Virus record (IMG/VR): IMGVR_UViG_3300020048_000023 | Coordinates: 32,001 to 96,000 of that record | Reading direction: 5' to 3' (one strand) | From: a virus | Length of the DNA stretch: 64,000 nt | In this document: positions 58,046-64,000 of the stretch, piece by piece | Layout of the letters: each line of letters begins with the position of its first letter | Position numbering within the stretch: position 1 is the stretch's first letter | Translations under genes and position numbers: made by a program | The notes under the pieces: model-generated | Database searches by the model: none | Told to the model about the DNA's origin: nothing | What the model saw: the letters and a program-made list of their open reading frames with translations, nothing else

Positions 58046-58933
58046 ATGGAAAATTTCTTTTCAAGAACAAAGCCAGAGGTTAAATCGGTTACGCCTGTAA
58101 TAACAGAGGTTAAACCTACTCCAAAGAATAATTCAAATAGAATTGAGAATACCAACGTATTCGATCTGATTGATATTGTTCAGAAATACGACGATGGAAA
58201 AATAACCATATTCGATAAGCTTAATTTTAGTGTACCCGACATAATAGGGAAGGGCCAGTTTATAGCATTACTTGGACAGTCTGGTTGTGGTAAATCAACT
58301 ATATTGAGCTACATATCAAATATTATGTCGCCGACTTCTGGTCAATTACTATTACGCGGTAAACCGCACGACCCAAACAGTCATATACCTATGGTTTTCC
58401 AGCAATATTCATCACTGCCTTGGAAAACTGTACTACAAAATGTCGCTTTGCCGCTTATACTTGCTGGTATGTTAGAAAAAGACGCTAACGTAAAAGCTAT
58501 GGAAATGATTGAGTTAGTCGGTTTAAGCGGTCACGAAGGTAAATGGGCTAAATACCCAACATTATCTGGCGGTCAGTTACAGCGCGTAGCCATAGCACGT
58601 AATCTTGTTGCAAATCCAACTATTCTTTTAATGGACGAGCCGTTCGGGGCACTTGATGGACGTACACGGAATGAAATGCAGTTATTGCTAAGGCGTATTT
58701 TTGAAGAAAATAACGGATTAGACCCAACTGTAATACTTGTCACGCACGATACACGCGAGGCTGTGTTCCTTGCTACCGATATATTCATACTTGGCGGTAA
58801 GCCGTCTGCTGTTACGCATCATCTGGAAATTGATTTACCAGACATTCGTAATAATGATACTAAAAAAGACCCGAGATATGTATCATACATAGAGCAGGTT
58901 GACGAAATAACTACTAATTTAAAAACAAAATAA
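58046..58933 (+). CDS. ABC transporter ATP-binding protein (SsuB/TauB-like)
   Basis: GQSGCGKS, LSGGQLQR, LLMDEPFGALD, VTHD. Confidence 0.95.
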   Translation: MENFFSRTKPEVKSVTPVITEVKPTPKNNSNRIENTNVFDLIDIVQKYDDGKITIFDKLNFSVPDIIGKGQFIALLGQSGCGKSTILSYISNIMSPTSGQLLLRGKPHDPNSHIPMVFQQYSSLPWKTVLQNVALPLILAGMLEKDANVKAMEMIELVGLSGHEGKWAKYPTLSGGQLQRVAIARNLVANPTILLMDEPFGALDGRTRNEMQLLLRRIFEENNGLDPTVILVTHDTREAVFLATDIFILGGKPSAVTHHLEIDLPDIRNNDTKKDPRYVSYIEQVDEITTNLKTK

Positions 58934-58941
58934 TACATAAT

Positions 58942-59121
58942 ATGAAAAAGACATTAATCGTAGTTATACTTGTAGCGTTCGTAATTGGCGTTTTATTTAT
59001 TACCAGCCACGCATATGTGGTGGTACCATTGTTCGTCGCTTTGAAGGTTCTTGCATTTCTTATTATAGCTGGTTTAACGGCATATTTTATTGGTCGTTTC
59101 AGAGCCCGCCGTAATCTGTAA
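58942..59121 (+). CDS. Small two-TM membrane protein (59 aa)
   Basis: MKKTLIVVILVAF..; hydrophobic; not in the ORF track. Confidence 0.55.
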   Translation: MKKTLIVVILVAFVIGVLFITSHAYVVVPLFVALKVLAFLIIAGLTAYFIGRFRARRNL

Positions 59122-59143
59122 GGTCTGTGTTGTTTGTTGCCAG

Positions 59144-59270
59144 AGTGTTCAGTGGGTTTATTCTAAGAAGCTCTTCAACCCCTGCGGGAAACCTGTTCAG
59201 TATCATTGCGTGGTATTACTTTAGATAAGCTCTTCATACCAGTATCTGCGTAGGTTTCCTGTTGAACACT
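59144..59270 (+). ncRNA. Candidate structured RNA with two repeated modules
   Basis: Closing stem AGTGTTCAG/TTGAACACT; inner stem GGGAAACCTG/TAGGTTTCCT; two hairpins both looping ..AAGCTCTTC. Confidence 0.55.
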
Positions 59271-59284
59271 TAAATTCTAACTAT

Positions 59285-62200
59285 ATGAAAAACAAATTAA
59301 CAACAATAATAGTACCTGCGAAAGGTAAACAGGAGTGGTGGGGTGGCGCGTTCACACTAACATTTGTTTATGCACCACACGGCAATTTTTTGTTAAAGGG
59401 GTATAAACGTGAGGTTGATGAATACCTTAGCACCCACTTTAAACGGTATTTCTCGCGATCGGTGTTATACAGGCATGGGGCGTTCCGTACCATATTTCGA
59501 TTCAGTGACGAATGCCAACTATTCGTTGATGAACCGTCCCTTAGAAAGAGGGATTACTGCCCCAGATACAAGGTTGTACCAAGATCATACCACGCCAATA
59601 AGGATGCGATAATGCTTAAATTCAAGCGGTTCCCGACCAGATGGATTCCAGAGTTCGATTACATAATTGATAAGTACAGAATAGTAAAACCCTAACCAAT
59701 GGAATACAATAAAAATAAATTTCTAAATGTAAATATAGTCGGTATTTCTGGCGTAGAGTTTACAATATCTGACGACAGCACGGGCGAAACAATTATAGAA
59801 GCTGAGAAAAAGCTTAATTTGTTTGCGACACTTGATCTATTTGACATGCTGAGAGATAACCTGCAAACGATTGGTCATCACCTTAACCAGATGAATCTGT
59901 ACCGCCACTATGCCGACGACATTGACGCCGATCTGGACAAGCAGGAAACGCATTTCGATAAAGAAAACCAAGTATATTCCCTTGGCGGAAACTTCGCATT
60001 CTTCCTTCAAACCAAAAGGGATGTTGGGGATACGGGTATCAGTATGGCTGACAATAACGCGGCTGGCGATATACTCAAAAAAGCCTACAAAAAAGCCTAT
60101 CCGAGAAACAAAATCAGGTTTGATACCGAAATGAGCTTCTGTTATGTTGAAACAGACTCACGGAAAGAAGCTAAACGCTTTATGCTGTGGATGAACGAGA
60201 ACTACATTAAGCCTTGGGTAGACCAGTATGTAGAGGCTTGGGATGAATTTGTAGCAATTTACGATGAATCAACCGATAAACGTAAATCACGCATAGTGCA
60301 ACTTCTAAACCAATGGTAAAGATATTTAACAAAGCAATGAGTAACTGTATATTCGGCGACGAGTTCGGCTTCTGCCATTGTCCGAATATAATGTACGACG
60401 ACTGCGATGGTCTGCCGTGCGATCACTACAAAAAAAACACAAGGAAAAGAAAGAGAGAGAGTAAAAATGAAAAAACCGATAGTGTTCTACCTCACAGAAC
60501 AGAAAATTAGTGAGGATGCAGGCAGTATTAAGCTCCTGTACGTTGAAAACTTGGATTACTGGAAAGCATACGGTTGTTTATCACCACTCCCTGTCAGCAT
60601 ACCGCTGGATATGCAGTATCATCTTCATATAGGTACACAGCTCACCAATAACGTGTTCCAGATTGATGATCAGAGTATAACAGAACAGGATTTTATAGAC
60701 GTTGGGTTCATAAAGGACGGAGCGTTTGAGAATATGTTCAAAAATTATCAGGCGGCGGAAAAATAAATTTGGTTTTTAAAAGATATTTGTCTATCTTTGC
60801 TCAAAATTAACACCTATGGAAGATAAATTTGACGGTCAGGAAGAAGAAGTATTTGATTACTTGAGCGATTCCTGTAACCCAGCTTATACAGCTCTGGTCA
60901 GATTTGCATTAGATTGTAAGGTTGAAGACGTCGAGGCTCTGATGGCTCGCCGCCATTACGAACAGTGTCCACACTGTGCTTGGTGGGTAGAATCATTTGA
61001 GCTTATACCAGAAGACGAGGACGAGCCTGACGGTCACTGCGAAAACTGCCGCGTAGAAATTAACGAATAGTATGAACACACAAGACCCACTGTTTCAACA
61101 TATCACCTATGGTCGTGACGATGTACTCAATAACTTAGAGTATATAAAAAGCGCAATGCATAATATTGAACAACAAATTGTGTATATGGAAGAGCAGGGC
61201 TTAGGTCGGCGTTCCGATCTGGATTGGGAAGACACTGCGGCAAGAGTAAGAGCTTACTTTGAAGATATCCGCACAGGTTTACAACGTTTTGGTAATGACG
61301 TGGATTTCAGCGAAAATAATATAAGACACTTACCCAGAACAAAACTAGTAACCCAGCCTATTCCTGATAATGATGATTTACCATTTTAAAACATACAATC
61401 ATGGCACACGAAATGAATAAACAATTTAGCTACAGAGGTTATAATTTTAATCTATGTGTACAACTGGACACCACTGTTGAACGGTGCCTTAATGGTAAAC
61501 ACTTCCACACCATTATCTGCAACGATATGGGTGTTACCAACTACTACCATAAAAAAGAAGTAGAGGATCAATCCTTGGTGCTTCAGGTTAGTTTTGAGGA
61601 AGAGTTGGCAAAGAAGTTTGTTGATGAACGCGAAGATGGTAAGGCGCCGTTAGATCAACGCTTAGCAGACCTTGGCTTTGTATAGTATGAGAACGAAAGA
61701 CGATTTACTGGTTACTATGTTCAACAGAATATACGAAGTTGGCGATTTCGTACAGATGCTGGACGATCACGGAACTCCGTTTACGGCTCCTATAAGCCAT
61801 AAAGCCACCATACTTGGCGGTCATACACCTGTTGTTTACCTTGAAGGTAAAGGGGCTTACGCTCTCGAAAGACTAATAATTATTTAACACACAATACAAT
61901 GTACAAAAACTTAAAAGAAGACATTGAAAACGGACTAACCGTTTCTCAGGTGCTTATCGGATTTGCCCCAACACTTTGCGGTAAATTAGATCGCAAATTC
62001 AATTTGGTTCCCGATAACGAAACCCGTAAAAAGCTTAAAAGTTTGAAGGCTGAGTTGAAGCATATTAAGGGTCTAAGCGACGCCGAGGCTGAGCAGGAAC
62101 ATTCAGACCAATATGACGCGGCTATAGCAGAACACGAAGCCCTTGTAATAAAAAACACAGAGCTACGTAAAAAATATACCGATCTTATTGAAAAGATTAG

Positions 62201-63136
62201 GAACTTTAACGTGGCGCCGTATGAGGACACAATAGGTCAGATTCAATTTGTTGCCGTCCGTGACATTACCTTCTTAATGGAACAGGTTTGTTACATACCT
62301 AAGGCTTCACCTACTCGATATACTGGAGCTGAATGGAAAAAAGGTAAAATTCATGCTCTGGAAATGATGATTGCCGAGCATGAAGAAAATCTTAAAAACG
62401 AAAAAACCAACATTAATCACCTGTACGAGTTACTTTCACGCGAAAAGTAATTAAAAGTTTGGAAAAATGATTAATTAGTTGTACTTTTGGTGAAAATTAC
62501 TTATGGCACGATTAGTTGAGGATAAAACAGTTAAGATCAGGAAGCCGCACAAGTGCCTGATGTGTAGCGAGGACTTTCCCGCTGGCACAGAAATGCACCA
62601 CCAAGTTCACAACTACGATGGATTCCACTCTGTTTATACCTGCGATTCGTGCTGGCAAATCCAAAGTAAAATGAAAAGCGATACTGAGCTAACGTTCGAG
62701 TCAACACCCGAAACAATACAAGCCAGTTTCGACTATTGTTTAAAACCCGAAGAATATTTAGCGCTTAAACGCGCAGAAAGGAAATCAAATGGGAATATAT
62801 AGTAAATCACCGTGGCGTGCCTGTCATGACGGCGACTGCTTATGCGGTCAGATTTGGTCGGTAACTGACGATATCTGTATCGCTCACGTACTAAGTGCCT
62901 CTGATGAAGATTACACGGGCGGAGAAGGTGTAATAGCTGGGGGTGCAACCTTTAAGGCTAATGCCAAGCTAATGGCAGCCGCCCCTGAGTTGTACGAATC
63001 AGTACAAAACCTGCTCGGTATATTCAACAGCCCAATGTACAGGCGTAAACACAGCGGTATGGCTACCGAAGCTATTGAGTTAGCAAAGATAGCTCTCTAT
63101 AAAGCAGAAACAGGCGGCTATCCGCCAAAAAAATGA
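59285..63136 (+). other. Run of small hypothetical genes: 59285-59695, 59699-60319, 60313-60510, 60467-60766, 60816-61070, 61072-61389, 61401-61685, 61687-61887, 61899-62450, 62503-62802, 62789-63136
   Basis: Packed co-oriented ORFs with internal promoters at about 60768 and 62458; several Zn-finger-like. Confidence 0.65.
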
Positions 63137-63513
63137 ATAATATGAGCTACCTTATCCAAAAAATACGTGTCAGACTGCAAAATGCAGTTGTCACTGGGCG
63201 CGGTTTATATATCGACGGTAGTATTACCATAGGTGAAGAATTGTTGGAAGAATGTGGTATTGAAGAAGGCGAAGTTGTTGATATATCTAACTCTCAACAC
63301 ACTGAGTGGACGCAAGGTTTTGTTGCCAAAGGTAAAGGAAGAGAAATAGTAGTTAACGGTAGCCCAGCTAGAATGTTTTTTATTGGTGATAAAATTAGTA
63401 TTATTGCTTACGGATACAGATTTAGGTATGACGGCGATCTACTAAAAAACGACTTCGATACAATCACAATAAATCTGGACGGAACAATTGATAATGACAC
63501 CGTAACAAAATAA
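63133..63513 (+). CDS. panD: Aspartate 1-decarboxylase (PanD)-like protein, divergent
   Basis: A.VT...LYIDGSITI.EELLE..GI.EGE.V.I..; I.VNGSPAR....GDKI.IIAY. Confidence 0.75.
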   Translation: MNNMSYLIQKIRVRLQNAVVTGRGLYIDGSITIGEELLEECGIEEGEVVDISNSQHTEWTQGFVAKGKGREIVVNGSPARMFFIGDKISIIAYGYRFRYDGDLLKNDFDTITINLDGTIDNDTVTK

Positions 63514-63744
63514 GCTATGTTTTACTGTAACGAATGCGCCAAAGAATACAAATATCCTGAAACTATCAGCAAGTCTGGCGGCAAATGTGAGATATGTGGT
63601 AAAATAGCCATATGCAACGATAGACCATCCAGCATGCTTCCGAAGCATAAGGATAAATCGAGGGGTCATAGGTAAGGTTATTTACTTTTGCCGCGCTGTT
63701 GCTATATTTATGGTATTCCAATAAATAAGCTAAACAATACTTCG

Positions 63745-63867
63745 ATGGCAAAGAGTCACAAACCCAAACACACCAACCGCTTGAACAAGAGTAATACTCG
63801 TAAGCGTGTGAAACAAATTGAAAAAAATAGGGAAATTTTAAACCGCATCAAAGAAGCCAATGCTTAG
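63745..63867 (+). CDS. Small basic protein (40 aa)
   Basis: MAKSHKPKHTNRLNKSNTRKRVK.. Confidence 0.5.
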   Translation: MAKSHKPKHTNRLNKSNTRKRVKQIEKNREILNRIKEANA

Positions 63868-64000
63868 AATTTACTCAATAGAATTAACGAACATTTGTAA
63901 CCTCAGGTGTGATCATTGTCCCTCTCACGGCAGCGTGTATCCAAGGGGTATGATCACACCTGAAACATTTGAGAAATGCCTGCAATTCATAAATCCTAAC
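63860..64000 (+). CDS. Radical SAM protein, 3'-truncated by the window edge
   Basis: IELTNICNLRCDHCP (CxxxCxxC). Confidence 0.85.
   Translation, partial: MLRIYSIELTNICNLRCDHCPSHGSVYPRGMITPETFEKCLQFINPN

Noticed and set aside
14120-63751. Numerous 60-150 aa ORFs antisense to or nested in long genes
   Set aside because: They are shadow ORFs with no motifs, promoters or initiation context.
1-64000. Stop-codon reassignment (alternative genetic code)
   Set aside because: Recognisable genes are full-length in code 11, and both TAG and TGA end genes at sensible boundaries.

Overview
This 64-kb window looks like part of a large (jumbo-type) phage of a Bacteroidota host. The evidence is dense small ORFs, many TTTG-N~20-TAnnTTTG promoters and T4-like accessory genes (Dda, ThyX, PhoH, free-standing homing endonucleases). 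It opens with a minimal type I CRISPR-Cas module: 5'-truncated cas3, cas8-like and cas7, with no cas5, cas6, cas1 or cas2 in view. A 20-repeat array follows, with heterogeneous 36-nt repeats and mostly 30-nt spacers that look class-2-like. Next is a cluster of 11 tRNAs plus one tRNA-like RNA. The strongest new signal is the leader of this cluster: a 41-codon ORF with terminator/antiterminator pairing, whose 10-codon run uses only codons read by the tRNAs downstream. It is a putative attenuator that senses tRNA depletion, and it carries an in-frame CRISPR repeat. Other notable features are a 2521-aa polyprotein (2H phosphoesterase, CCA-adding enzyme, ART-like and HAD domains) with putative prohead-protease linkers; RtcB, an RNA ligase and Thg1; a Y-RNA-like permuted-tRNA ncRNA; tandem 23S rRNA helix mimics; two 8/4 tRNA-Ser; a candidate -1 frameshift; a NARP1-like NAD+ pair; and an ABC transporter operon. 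All calls come from manual reading, with no database searches.
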